DNA of 64,000 nucleotides from a virus: the IMG/VR virus record IMGVR_UViG_3300017766_002362, positions 7,785-71,784 of that record, one strand, 5' to 3'. Below are positions 8,588 to 16,483 of this stretch, piece after piece. Positions within the stretch are counted from its first letter, which is position 1; each line of letters opens with the position of its first letter. Position numbers and translations under genes: made by a program. The notes under the pieces were generated by a model. It was not told the DNA's origin, did no database searches, and saw only the letters and a program-made list of their open reading frames with translations.

Positions 8588-8672
8588 TGGTGCGAATGGT
8601 CGGACTCGAACCGACAAGGCTATCGCCGACAGATTTTAAGTCTGTTGAGTTTACCGATTTCTCCACACTCGC
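8588..8672 (-). tRNA. tRNA-Leu(TAA)
   Basis: Cloverleaf, long variable arm, CCA. Confidence 0.9.
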
Positions 8673-8677
8673 AAAAA

Positions 8678-8754
8678 TGGTCGGACAGAGAGGATTCGAA
8701 CCTCCGACCCTCTGCTCCCAAAGCAGATGCACTACCAGGCTGTGCTACTGTCCG
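8678..8754 (-). tRNA. tRNA-Pro(TGG)
   Basis: Cloverleaf, CCA. Confidence 0.9.
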
Positions 8755-8792
8755 ATGTTTATATCTTACTATATCTATTCCCAAAAGTCAAC

Positions 8793-8869
8793 TGGTGCGC
8801 CCACTAGGACTTGAACCTAGAATCAACAAATTATGAGTTTGCTGCATTAACCAATTATGCTATAGGCGC
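8793..8869 (-). tRNA. tRNA with CAT anticodon (Ile2/lysidine type or Met)
   Basis: CTCATAA loop, CCA; identity ambiguous. Confidence 0.8.
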
Positions 8870-8874
8870 AAATT

Positions 8875-8965
8875 TGGTGCTCCTGCTTGGACTTGAACCA
8901 AGACTAACCTCTAATCTGGAGTTCGGGATTATAAGTCCCGTCGTGCTACCTTACACTACAGGAGC
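8875..8965 (-). tRNA. tRNA with TAT anticodon (Ile) and long variable arm
   Basis: GCTCCTG/CAGGAGC acceptor, CGGGA-CTTATAA-TCCCG anticodon arm, 21-nt variable region, CCA. Confidence 0.85.
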
Positions 8966-8969
8966 AAAA

Positions 8970-9056
8970 TGGCGGAAGGCAGTGTATTCGAAACACATTC
9001 CCGAAGGGAATCATCTGTTTAGCAAACAGCGACAGATCCTCTCTGCTATACCTTCC
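8970..9056 (-). tRNA. tRNA-Ser(GCT)
   Basis: Cloverleaf, long variable arm, CCA. Confidence 0.85.
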
Positions 9057-9060
9057 AAAC

Positions 9061-9137
9061 TGGTGGGACAAGATGGATTCGAACCATCGACCTCAGTCTT
9101 ATCAGGACTGTGCGCTAACCAACTGTGCCATTGTCCC
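9061..9137 (-). tRNA. tRNA-Ile(GAT)
   Basis: Cloverleaf, CCA. Confidence 0.9.
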
Positions 9138-9141
9138 GAAA

Positions 9142-9216
9142 TGGAGTTGCGAACTGGAGTCGAACCAGCATAAGACAGTTTTGCAGACTGTCGCCTGACC
9201 TTTCAGCCACCGCAAC
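9142..9216 (-). tRNA. tRNA-Cys(GCA)
   Basis: Cloverleaf, CCA. Confidence 0.88.
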
Positions 9217-9220
9217 AAAT

Positions 9221-9297
9221 TGGCACCCTCTGAGAGACTTGAACTCCCGACCTCAACGTCCGTAGCGTTGCGTTCTAATCCACTGAACTAAGAGGGC
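9221..9297 (-). tRNA. tRNA-Arg(ACG)
   Basis: Cloverleaf, CCA. Confidence 0.88.
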
Positions 9298-9379
9298 AAA
9301 TAAAGCCTGGTCGTCGTAGAAGGACTTTTCTCGCATCCAGGAATGCGCTACCGATTAACGATGGTAGAACCGCTGCAGG

Positions 9380-9454
9380 TGGTGCCAAGTGTTGGTATCG
9401 AGCCAACCTATCGAGTTCTTCAGACTCGCACTAATCCATCTCAGTTAACTTGGC
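9380..9454 (-). tRNA. tRNA-Phe(GAA)
   Basis: Cloverleaf, CCA. Confidence 0.88.
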
Positions 9455-9461
9455 AAAAAAA

Positions 9462-9537
9462 TGGTAGCAGTGGTGTGATTCGAACACACGATCTTCACCG
9501 TATGAAGGTGCCGCATTAGCCGCTATGCTACACTGCC
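9462..9537 (-). tRNA. tRNA-Met(CAT), elongator-like
   Basis: TTCATAC loop, CCA. Confidence 0.85.
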
Positions 9538-9541
9538 AAAA

Positions 9542-9627
9542 TGGTGGGTAGTGATGGATTCGAACCACCGTAGCCGATAGGCAACAGATTTACAGTCTGT
9601 CTGTTTTAACCACTCACACAACTACCC
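9542..9627 (-). tRNA. tRNA-Tyr(GTA)
   Basis: Cloverleaf, long variable arm, CCA. Confidence 0.9.
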
Positions 9628-9631
9628 GAAC

Positions 9632-9705
9632 TGGCTGAGGCGCATGGATTCGAACCACGGTAAGCAGGATCAAAACCTGCTGTCCTACCACTAGACGACG
9701 CCTCA
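9632..9705 (-). tRNA. tRNA-Gln(TTG)
   Basis: Cloverleaf, CCA. Confidence 0.9.
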
Positions 9706-9710
9706 AGAAT

Positions 9711-9963
9711 TAGTTGCTTCCCCCTGCTGGTGGTCACTTTTCATCCACTTCACAACACAGGGAGATTCTCGTATTGCCAACGACCGTTCGGTTGGACGGC
9801 AGATTTCTCTGGGCTTCATTGACTCATCTGCGTTGCCACAGTGAGGTGTTGCCAAACCACCCATGCTTGTCACAGCATTTCTTTATCGTCTGGGTCAGAC
9901 TAGCCACTAACAATGGCGCGACATGATAGCCGAAGCGTACATTGCTGCAGAGGCTTCGGGCAT
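9711..9963 (-). ncRNA. Candidate structured ncRNA (~250 nt) inside tRNA array
   Basis: Many stems and GCAA tetraloops on the minus strand; no credible ORF. Confidence 0.55.
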
Positions 9964-9967
9964 ATTT

Positions 9968-10042
9968 TGGTGGAGGATGAGAGAATCGAACTCTCAACTC
10001 TGCGATGCAAACGCAGCGTGTTCCCATTAGCACTAATCCCCC
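9968..10042 (-). tRNA. tRNA-Ala(TGC)
   Basis: Cloverleaf, CCA. Confidence 0.9.
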
Positions 10043-10047
10043 AAATA

Positions 10048-10122
10048 TGGCTGGCGTGGTAGGGATCGAACCTACGACAGAGTGATTAACAGTCACTTGA
10101 TCTACCGCTGATCTACACGCCA
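10048..10122 (-). tRNA. tRNA-Asn(GTT)
   Basis: Cloverleaf, CCA. Confidence 0.9.
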
Positions 10123-10132
10123 AAAAATAAAC

Positions 10133-10206
10133 TGGTATCCCGATACGGACTCGAACCGCAACCAAGAGTTTTGGAGACTCGTATGCTACCATTACACCAT
10201 CGAGAT
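10133..10206 (-). tRNA. tRNA-Trp(CCA)
   Basis: Cloverleaf, CCA end. Confidence 0.88.
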
Positions 10207-10210
10207 AAGT

Positions 10211-10286
10211 TGGTGGGTCTAGCAGGATTCGAACCTGCATCAAACTGGTTAAGAGCCAGATATAATCACCGTTATACGATAGACCC
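10211..10286 (-). tRNA. tRNA-Lys(CTT)
   Basis: Cloverleaf, CCA. Confidence 0.88.
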
Positions 10287-10293
10287 AAACGTA

Positions 10294-10367
10294 TGGTAGG
10301 GCTGGAGGGTAACGCTCCCTCTTTTACGGATTAAAAGTCCGTTACATCACTTTAATGTTTCAACCCC
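10294..10367 (-). tRNA. tRNA-Lys(TTT), non-canonical T-loop
   Basis: CTTTTAA loop; T-loop AGCGTTA. Confidence 0.8.
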
Positions 10368-10390
10368 AAAAAAATCATAACAAAGTAATC

Positions 10391-10465
10391 TGGTGAACCC
10401 AAGGGAATTCGAATCCCTATTCCATCCGTGAAAGGGATGTGTCCTAACCGTTAGACGATGGGTCC
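10391..10465 (-). tRNA. tRNA-Glu(TTC)
   Basis: Cloverleaf, CCA. Confidence 0.9.
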
Positions 10466-10471
10466 GCAAAA

Positions 10472-10597
10472 ACCATATTGAAGCACACTCAATACATTCT
10501 ACTATGCTGGTACATAATATTTTCGCAGTCTACCAGGACCACCGAACAGAGCACCGTTTCCGCACGGTGATGTCCGTTGAATATGCTTCAATATGGT
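10472..10597 (-). ncRNA. Candidate small RNA closed by a 21-bp stem
   Basis: ACCATATTGAAGCATATTCAA pairs with TTGAGTGTGCTTCAATATGGT (two G-U pairs); internal hairpins. Confidence 0.55.
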
Positions 10598-10668
10598 GCC
10601 TTCAGAGAGATTTGAACTCCCAACCTACTGATTACAAATCAGTTGCACTACCGTTGTGCTATGAAGGC
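10594..10668 (-). tRNA. tRNA-Thr(TGT)
   Basis: Cloverleaf, CCA. Confidence 0.9.
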
Positions 10669-10754
10669 AGAATTGATACCTGCCCCAACTCCCGCAGAAT
10701 ATCGTGGTCTCCCATCTCTGAATAGAGAATCAAAACCTTACCCAAGAAACCTAC

Positions 10755-10863
10755 AATTTTAAACAGCAAGAGCAATCGCGAAGGACGCTCAACTCATACA
10801 ATCATTATACCGTATGAGGTCTTACAAGTAAACTAAAAAAACTCTATAAAAATCAATAACTTA
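10755..10863 (-). promoter_or_regulatory. tRNA-operon promoter (TTTACT-N17-TATAAT) with IHF-like box (10851-10863), leader hairpin and boxA-like element (10755-10768)
   Basis: Read directly; TGCTGTTTAAAATT compared with rrn boxA TGCTCTTTAACA. Confidence 0.7.
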
Positions 10864-10998
10864 GAAAAAGGTCGCAGTTTTCGATGCAGGGAGGGAAACA
10901 ACTAGTAGCATCTTGGGACTTTGTCCTACCAAACAAGTTTTGGGCGTCGCGAATCACGCAGAAATACATTTAAATTATATAGTACAATTTCGAAAAAA

Positions 10999-11883
10999 TC
11001 AACCTTCTTTAATAAATTTTATGACTAGATATGTTTGAACAAAAACAGCAATTGACATTAACCAGCCGACCGTAGTTCCAGCATTAACTAAAGCAAGATA
11101 TACGCTGATGCTCAATAAAAAAATATCAAGAACAGGAATCATGCGTACTCCGTGACTTTGTCTAGACGCTTCATAGGATAAGCACACTTGGCTTCCTTGC
11201 GCATCTTACTCTGATATTCTACCGTACAGTCGAAGCAAATGTCAAGCGTCTTGCTGTTCTTAACAATTTGTAGTTCTTGTTGGTAAATCTTCCACTGGTA
11301 TTCAGTGAAGCATAGTGGTTTTATATCAACGCGCATTGTCGTTTTCCTTGTTCAATATATCTTTTAAATTTTTAAAAAGATCTCTATCATTTAATTTTAA
11401 GTCTGTGGCGAATTGTCTAAGATCTATTTGTTTTAGAGTTTCTAAAAGGACAACTAAATCATGATCATATTCATCTACTTCCGATTCAATGTCAAATTTA
11501 TTAAACTTGTTCATCTTTCACATCCTCAAAGTGAAACCACTCACAAATCTCATTCAGAACTGCTCGCTCAATCTGTTCGCGAACATGATGATCTTCTGGT
11601 TGATCAGTATGCTTATACGCACGATTCCAACCAAGCATAACGCCAGTCTCAACACACTGAGCAATTAGATTATATTCTTTTGCTTTCATTTTCCAAGCAT
11701 CTCCTTTCGTTCCTTCCACCAACGAATGGCTTCTTTGATTTCATCCATCTGTTCCAATCGAATTGTATCTAGAAAGCCCATTCCAAGAAACTCGCATTCT
11801 ATGTTTCGTTTCGTCATTTCCCAAAGTTTGTCATGGTGCTTTTGCAGCACATCAAGAACGACATCGTATTCTTCTTCGATCAT
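10999..11883 (-). CDS. Run of five small coupled hypothetical ORFs (10999-11142, 11139-11336, 11326-11514, 11501-11689, 11686-11883)
   Basis: Overlapping stop/start codons typical of a phage early operon. Confidence 0.6.
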
Positions 11884-11998
11884 TCTTCATCTCCAAAAAA
11901 TGCGAATCAAAATTGGTCCAATGCGAACATCACGATAAGGATTGCCATTGTTGAATCGCACGGTTGATCCGAATGACCATCGCTTGACCCAATGAATA

Positions 11999-12454
11999 TC
12001 AAACTTCACCATAGACCTCAAACTCAAACTCACCATCGACAACAGTCACCTTGACCAACTTGCCATCAGCACCACCGCTTGTGCGCAGATAGTCACGACC
12101 ACCATCAATCATGTATGGTCCCTTTGCGACATAATCATGGCGATAACGACTCACAAGAACCTCACCATCATTCGTCAGCAAGCCAGTGATCGGTTCGCTG
12201 AATGCACTTTTGGCATCTGTAATCATCACACCCTGTCCTGGAACAGTGAAGATTCCAAAGTAGTGTGAGTGACCCTGTGACAGATCAGGATTCGGTTGAT
12301 AGAAAACATCAACAGGCATCTCGCTCCAACCACTATCGCGTTTGATTGCCCAGTATCCCATGTACTTGGCTTTGTACTGCTCTTCGATAATGTTGAGAGC
12401 ATACTTGTGGTCAAAGTGATACGATTCGGGTGTCTTGATAAACATTGTATTCAT
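11999..12454 (-). CDS. Hypothetical phage protein (SRYRHDY...IDGGRDYLR), leaderless
   Basis: 151 aa; promoter TTTACT-N17-TATAAT ends 6 nt before ATG. Confidence 0.7.
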   Translation of the reverse strand: MNTMFIKTPESYHFDHKYALNIIEEQYKAKYMGYWAIKRDSGWSEMPVDVFYQPNPDLSQGHSHYFGIFTVPGQGVMITDAKSAFSEPITGLLTNDGEVLVSRYRHDYVAKGPYMIDGGRDYLRTSGGADGKLVKVTVVDGEFEFEVYGEV

Positions 12455-12499
12455 AACTTAATTATACTCTCGCAAGAGACACAAGTAAAGCAATTCTTG

Positions 12500-12889
12500 C
12501 TAACTAAACTCTCTTGAACAGAACGAATAACCTTCTGGGTCATCCCAATCCCACTCTGGATTGAACCAGCCTTCCTTGCGACCTTCTTCGTTGTGAACCT
12601 TCACTTTGTAACCTTGTGGGTGATACTCATTTACCACCACATAACCTGGTCTGCCATAAATTTCTATCAATTCAACAAACTTATCAAATGGAACCGTACC
12701 ACCATACTCATCGTAGATAATTTTGTCAACAAGATACTCTTTCCACTTTTGCCAAGTGGTCAAACCATCATACTTGTAACCATGGAATGAGAATGCCCAG
12801 CCATATGAATTCTTGCCGATGTGATACTTTTCATCGTATCGCTTACAGCATTCGCAAACATTTTCAACAACATAATAATTAGTACCCAT
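12500..12889 (-). CDS. Hypothetical phage protein (MGTNYY...HIGK.SYGWAFSF)
   Basis: 129 aa, GGAG RBS. Confidence 0.7.
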   Translation of the reverse strand: MGTNYYVVENVCECCKRYDEKYHIGKNSYGWAFSFHGYKYDGLTTWQKWKEYLVDKIIYDEYGGTVPFDKFVELIEIYGRPGYVVVNEYHPQGYKVKVHNEEGRKEGWFNPEWDWDDPEGYSFCSREFS

Positions 12890-13345
12890 TATTCCACACT
12901 CCTAACTGTTTGCCAAACTCACCCCTCGCCCGAATCGCGGCGGCACAGTCAAACTCAGCAAACGCAAAGCCGTGCCCACGCCCCAAGTCCTCACACACCT
13001 TTGCACACGCCTCGCGCTCGCTTGCTACTCTCTGCTCAATATGCTCGGCAATTAACTCGACTTGCCAATCTGCTATCTCAGGGCAAAGTTCTTGTATCCA
13101 CTCGGCGCTCATGACTGCCCCCGAGCGCGGATTTTTCTCGCGCACTCATTCGCAGTCTGCCTTTCTTCTATCATCATGGAAGAGCCACACTCAACTTCAT
13201 CACACACCTTCGCACACGCCTCCCGCTCGGCAGCAGCAACGAGGGCGGCGAAGGTTTCCAGTCGCTGCAACTCAACAGCGTGCAAAAGTGAATACTCTGT
13301 CCATCCCGCCTCCCTCGCCATGCGGATGATGTCGTCGCGGGTCAT
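12879..13345 (-). CDS. Two tandem small proteins sharing EREACAKVC...AIRARG (12879-13112, 13109-13345)
   Basis: Shared motif visible in both translations. Confidence 0.65.
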
Positions 13346-13716
13346 CGCACAACTCCATAAGTCTGCACAGTCTCGCGAATCCAGAACGCAGCATCTTCAG
13401 ACTCAGAGTCCCAAGAAGAATCTGCATCATACTGACGCAATAATTGCTCCGTCGTTTGCAGATCATCCAAGTAGCCACGACCGAACTGAGCAAAACGATC
13501 TTGTACATCTTCGCATGCAAAATCAGAATCCCAAGAAAACTCTGATTGAAACGCATCGCAGTAGTCGCAAGAACCATATGATCCCTGCACCCAGCCACGT
13601 TGCCCTTGGTACTCGACCAAAGCAACCCATGAGCCTTGCCAATCACCAAACTCCTGGAACGCGATCACTCGCGCACCAGCAGCAACTAATGATTGTTGAT
13701 AATCATTCACACTCAT
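13342..13716 (-). CDS. Hypothetical protein (GSYGSCDYCD)
   Basis: 124-aa coupled ORF. Confidence 0.65.
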   Translation of the reverse strand: MSVNDYQQSLVAAGARVIAFQEFGDWQGSWVALVEYQGQRGWVQGSYGSCDYCDAFQSEFSWDSDFACEDVQDRFAQFGRGYLDDLQTTEQLLRQYDADSSWDSESEDAAFWIRETVQTYGVVR

Positions 13717-14120
13717 TACTTTTTACTCACAGCACCCACATGCCTACAATCTTTGCGAAACTCAAAACCCTTACACGTGCAACTGAATTTACCATTGACA
13801 CGTTCAACAATGTAGAACCCATCACCCTTGCCGCTCTTGACCTTCCAGGCTTTCTTGTCAGTGGCGACTTGCGTTGCTGATCCAGTTACAAACTCGATCT
13901 TTACAACATGTTGCGACTTCGCATTGTACTCGCTCACAGGATGATCAGGATCACCAGTCTCGACAGCGAACATGAACGGATCGCGGAAAATTGACTCAAC
14001 GACAACACCCTCGCGAGTGTATGTGACATAATTGTCATACTCATTGCGATACGCATAGGTGTTCGGATACATCGTAGTGACACGAACACGTGAACCAATT
14101 TTAGGAACGGAGACTGTCAT
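13716..14120 (-). CDS. SWIM zinc-finger protein
   Basis: C-terminal CTCKGFEFRKDCRH. Confidence 0.75.
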   Translation of the reverse strand: MTVSVPKIGSRVRVTTMYPNTYAYRNEYDNYVTYTREGVVVESIFRDPFMFAVETGDPDHPVSEYNAKSQHVVKIEFVTGSATQVATDKKAWKVKSGKGDGFYIVERVNGKFSCTCKGFEFRKDCRHVGAVSKK

Positions 14121-14121
14121 A

Positions 14122-14751
14122 TTAAATACTCAAAACTGCGGTTGGATAATCAAACTTGCCTTTCAAAAAATAATTAAATGCTATAGAAATTCTAGGCTCC
14201 TTAGAATTATTCAATTCTACTTTATGATTTAAGATAGAAGGAAACAAAATTAATATTGACTTCTGTATGCTGAAGACGCACAATCTTGTGTTATATTCAT
14301 TAACTGTCTCAATTTTAGGCATGAACGTTGGCATAATTTCTTTATCATAAACGTTGTTAGTGGTAAAGGAGATATTTCCTGAATTTTCTGGAACTGAGAT
14401 GTACCAAACACCACTAAAGATCGAATTTTTGTGAAGATGATATGCGCTTTGATTGTTTGGTTGTGATTTAACAACCCAAGAATTTACCATCTCAAGATAG
14501 TTTTGTTTAGAGAATCCTAAAACATTGTAATAGAAGTTATGTACATGTTTGTCGATTTCTGATTTATACCCAACAAAAAATGTATCGTTCAATATTTGCT
14601 GCTCTTCAGAAATTAAAACTTTGTCAGCCTCTTCTTGAGCGCGTGAATAGTTGAGATTCTGAATTTCAGCAAGAACATCCTCACCAACATTTACAGTTGA
14701 TGTGTATATTGGGGTTGGGAAAATATTATCGATTTGATATCGCAAATCCAT
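14122..14751 (-). CDS. 2OG-Fe(II) oxygenase (TIGR02466-like)
   Basis: IFPTPIY, SWV, HLH.NSIFSGVWY, LFPS.L.HKV, RISIAFN. Confidence 0.85.
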   Translation of the reverse strand: MDLRYQIDNIFPTPIYTSTVNVGEDVLAEIQNLNYSRAQEEADKVLISEEQQILNDTFFVGYKSEIDKHVHNFYYNVLGFSKQNYLEMVNSWVVKSQPNNQSAYHLHKNSIFSGVWYISVPENSGNISFTTNNVYDKEIMPTFMPKIETVNEYNTRLCVFSIQKSILILFPSILNHKVELNNSKEPRISIAFNYFLKGKFDYPTAVLSI

Positions 14752-14755
14752 AAAA

Positions 14756-14905
14756 TTATTCTTCAAACTCCCCTTCGATTACAGACTTTGCTTCATCGAC
14801 CAATTCTCGCAAGTCTTCGCTATAGTCGATGTGCTTGCCTTGCTCAACAGCAACAACAAGACGCATCAATACATCTTCAAGATTCTCAACACGCTTGTCG
14901 AGCAT
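14756..14905 (-). CDS. 49-aa hypothetical protein (not in ORF track)
   Basis: MLDKRVENLEDVLMRLVVAVEQGKHIDY... fills the gap between neighbours. Confidence 0.55.
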   Translation of the reverse strand: MLDKRVENLEDVLMRLVVAVEQGKHIDYSEDLRELVDEAKSVIEGEFEE

Positions 14906-14910
14906 TTTCA

Positions 14911-15225
14911 TTATAATCCCACCCAACGATGATCTTTGTACGATTCAGTATTCAACACATTACCGCGAACGAAATTCTTCGCAGGTTGTGCCCACGATGC
15001 TGCCTTCAGAATGTCGCCATACTTCCAGCCATCGTGTTCCTTGATGCAGATGAAACTATGCACCGAAGGAGAATTCCAAGAAGTAGACACAACCTTCAGA
15101 AACTTGCGACCCCTCACATAACTGATAGAATATCCGCCAGTAGAACCAGTGGAGTTATAATCCGCTGTAAGATGGTCAGTATACTTGTAGAGAGCCATGT
15201 CAAAATCATAATTTTCAAAAAGCAT
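14911..15225 (-). CDS. Hypothetical phage protein (GRKFLKV...GDILKAASWAQPAKN.RGN)
   Basis: Motif typical of T4-like early proteins; start MLFENY. Confidence 0.7.
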   Translation of the reverse strand: MLFENYDFDMALYKYTDHLTADYNSTGSTGGYSISYVRGRKFLKVVSTSWNSPSVHSFICIKEHDGWKYGDILKAASWAQPAKNFVRGNVLNTESYKDHRWVGL

Positions 15226-15227
15226 AA

Positions 15228-15599
15228 TCAACCCCAGTTCTTTCCACTCAAATAACCATACGGCACGCCAAGACAATGCTCGAGATACTCAACATCGCCT
15301 CGCGTTTCGTGCGCGTCATGCAACATGCGAATGCAATCTTCGCGAGTCGAGTCAACAACGATTTTCATCGTCTGCGCCACCCAACCCTCAAACTCAGCAA
15401 TCGCCATATTGTGGTAACGCTGTTCCTCGCGGATAGAATCGCCGACAGCGTCGACCAATCGATCCCAGAGATGCTGCTTGGCGTCATCGCTGCACGCATC
15501 CCAATCAGCCCAGAAGTATTCTCCTGGACGATGCCCATAAGCATCCTTGTAGAGATCTGAAACGATGTTTTCGTCGAAGGTGTAATTTCTTGTTTCCAT
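15228..15599 (-). CDS. Hypothetical protein (SDLYKDAYGHRP), leaderless
   Basis: ATG 6 nt after the -10 GATAAT. Confidence 0.75.
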   Translation of the reverse strand: METRNYTFDENIVSDLYKDAYGHRPGEYFWADWDACSDDAKQHLWDRLVDAVGDSIREEQRYHNMAIAEFEGWVAQTMKIVVDSTREDCIRMLHDAHETRGDVEYLEHCLGVPYGYLSGKNWG

Positions 15600-15605
15600 A
15601 CATTC

Positions 15606-15665
15606 ATTATCCTATAAAAGGACGAAATAGTAAAGGGATAAAACTCTAATGGAATCAATAACTTG
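15606..15665 (-). promoter_or_regulatory. Promoter TTTACT-N17-GATAAT with IHF-like box 15653-15665
   Basis: Read directly. Confidence 0.75.
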
Positions 15666-15726
15666 CGCAATGGGGCTAAAACGCCCTCCAGTCCTATTGC
15701 AGCGGTCTTGTTTTGGTCGGTAGTTT

Positions 15727-15751
15727 AGCCTACCCCAGAACAGGGTAGGCT
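15727..15751 (-). terminator. GC-rich hairpin, possible terminator
   Basis: AGCCTACCC...GGGTAGGCT right after the stop of 15756..15947; no clear U-tract. Confidence 0.45.
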
Positions 15752-15755
15752 GGAA

Positions 15756-15947
15756 TCATCTGTAATCAGTTTCATCAAAGTCTGGGTCTTGGAACCAATC
15801 TTCCTCTTCAGAGAGAGATGACTCAACATAATCTGAGTTTGGATTGTATTTCCATCGTGCTTCATTTTTCAAGCGTCGCTGCTTCAATCCTTCGTTGTTC
15901 CGACTGTAGTCCTTTTCTCGGAACTCATAATTCTTTTTCTTTGCCAT
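15756..15947 (-). CDS. Small basic/acidic protein
   Basis: 63 aa. Confidence 0.6.
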   Translation of the reverse strand: MAKKKNYEFREKDYSRNNEGLKQRRLKNEARWKYNPNSDYVESSLSEEEDWFQDPDFDETDYR

Positions 15948-15949
15948 GA

Positions 15950-16483
15950 CTATTTACTCAAACGCTCCTCTTTTAAATTATTACAAAAGATCTTATACAG
16001 ACCCCACTCTCTTCCATATGCTTCAACTTCCCATGGTGAATCGAAATACTTTTCTTCATCCATGTAATGTGAAGCATCAAAGATCAAACCTTTGTAGCGA
16101 ACATCGCCATTCTTATAATCAAAAATTTCATTATTGAGATATTGCTTGATGTGTGTCAACTCATGACCAAGATCAATGAGCAACTGTTTGAGTCGTGTTT
16201 GTGGTTTCTTGCCAAGTTTACTAATACGTTTATAATTCAGAACAATAGTAAACTTTTTGTTACCTTCCTCGTCAAGACCATCATAGGTGCACCATGCTTT
16301 GTACTTCTTTAGATCAAGAAGATCAGCAGCATCTCGAATTTCATCTTCACCAAGAACCTTGATGTTGATCTTCGAACGCTTTTGAATGCATGGTCGTACC
16401 AGACGATTCAAGACGAATCTTGAATACTTCCGAATCATCGCAGAATCGGATCGTCTTAGATAATTGCTTGTGACTGCAATCAT
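15950..16483 (-). CDS. Putative zincin-like metallopeptidase
   Basis: HELTHIKQY (HExxH) and PWEVEAY. Confidence 0.65.
   Translation of the reverse strand: MIAVTSNYLRRSDSAMIRKYSRFVLNRLVRPCIQKRSKINIKVLGEDEIRDAADLLDLKKYKAWCTYDGLDEEGNKKFTIVLNYKRISKLGKKPQTRLKQLLIDLGHELTHIKQYLNNEIFDYKNGDVRYKGLIFDASHYMDEEKYFDSPWEVEAYGREWGLYKIFCNNLKEERLSK

Noticed and set aside
9301-9335. GAGAAAAGTCC and CCAGGCTTTA resemble RNase P conserved regions
   Set aside because: Only about a dozen nt apart, too short to hold the catalytic domain; likely coincidence
9711-9963. tmRNA or group I intron
   Set aside because: No tRNA-Ala-like ends or tag frame; no recognisable P7 core; not inside a gene
3525-10668. Stop-codon reassignment via a suppressor tRNA
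   Set aside because: No CTA/TTA/TCA anticodon found; conserved genes are intact in the standard code
8590-10725. ORFs over the tRNA array (8811..9173, 9824..10288 and others), also 3360..3722
   Set aside because: They overlap clear tRNA cloverleafs; spurious
10864-10970. Short minus-strand ORF (MYFCVIRD...) upstream of the tRNA promoter
   Set aside because: No clear RBS or motif; cannot support as coding
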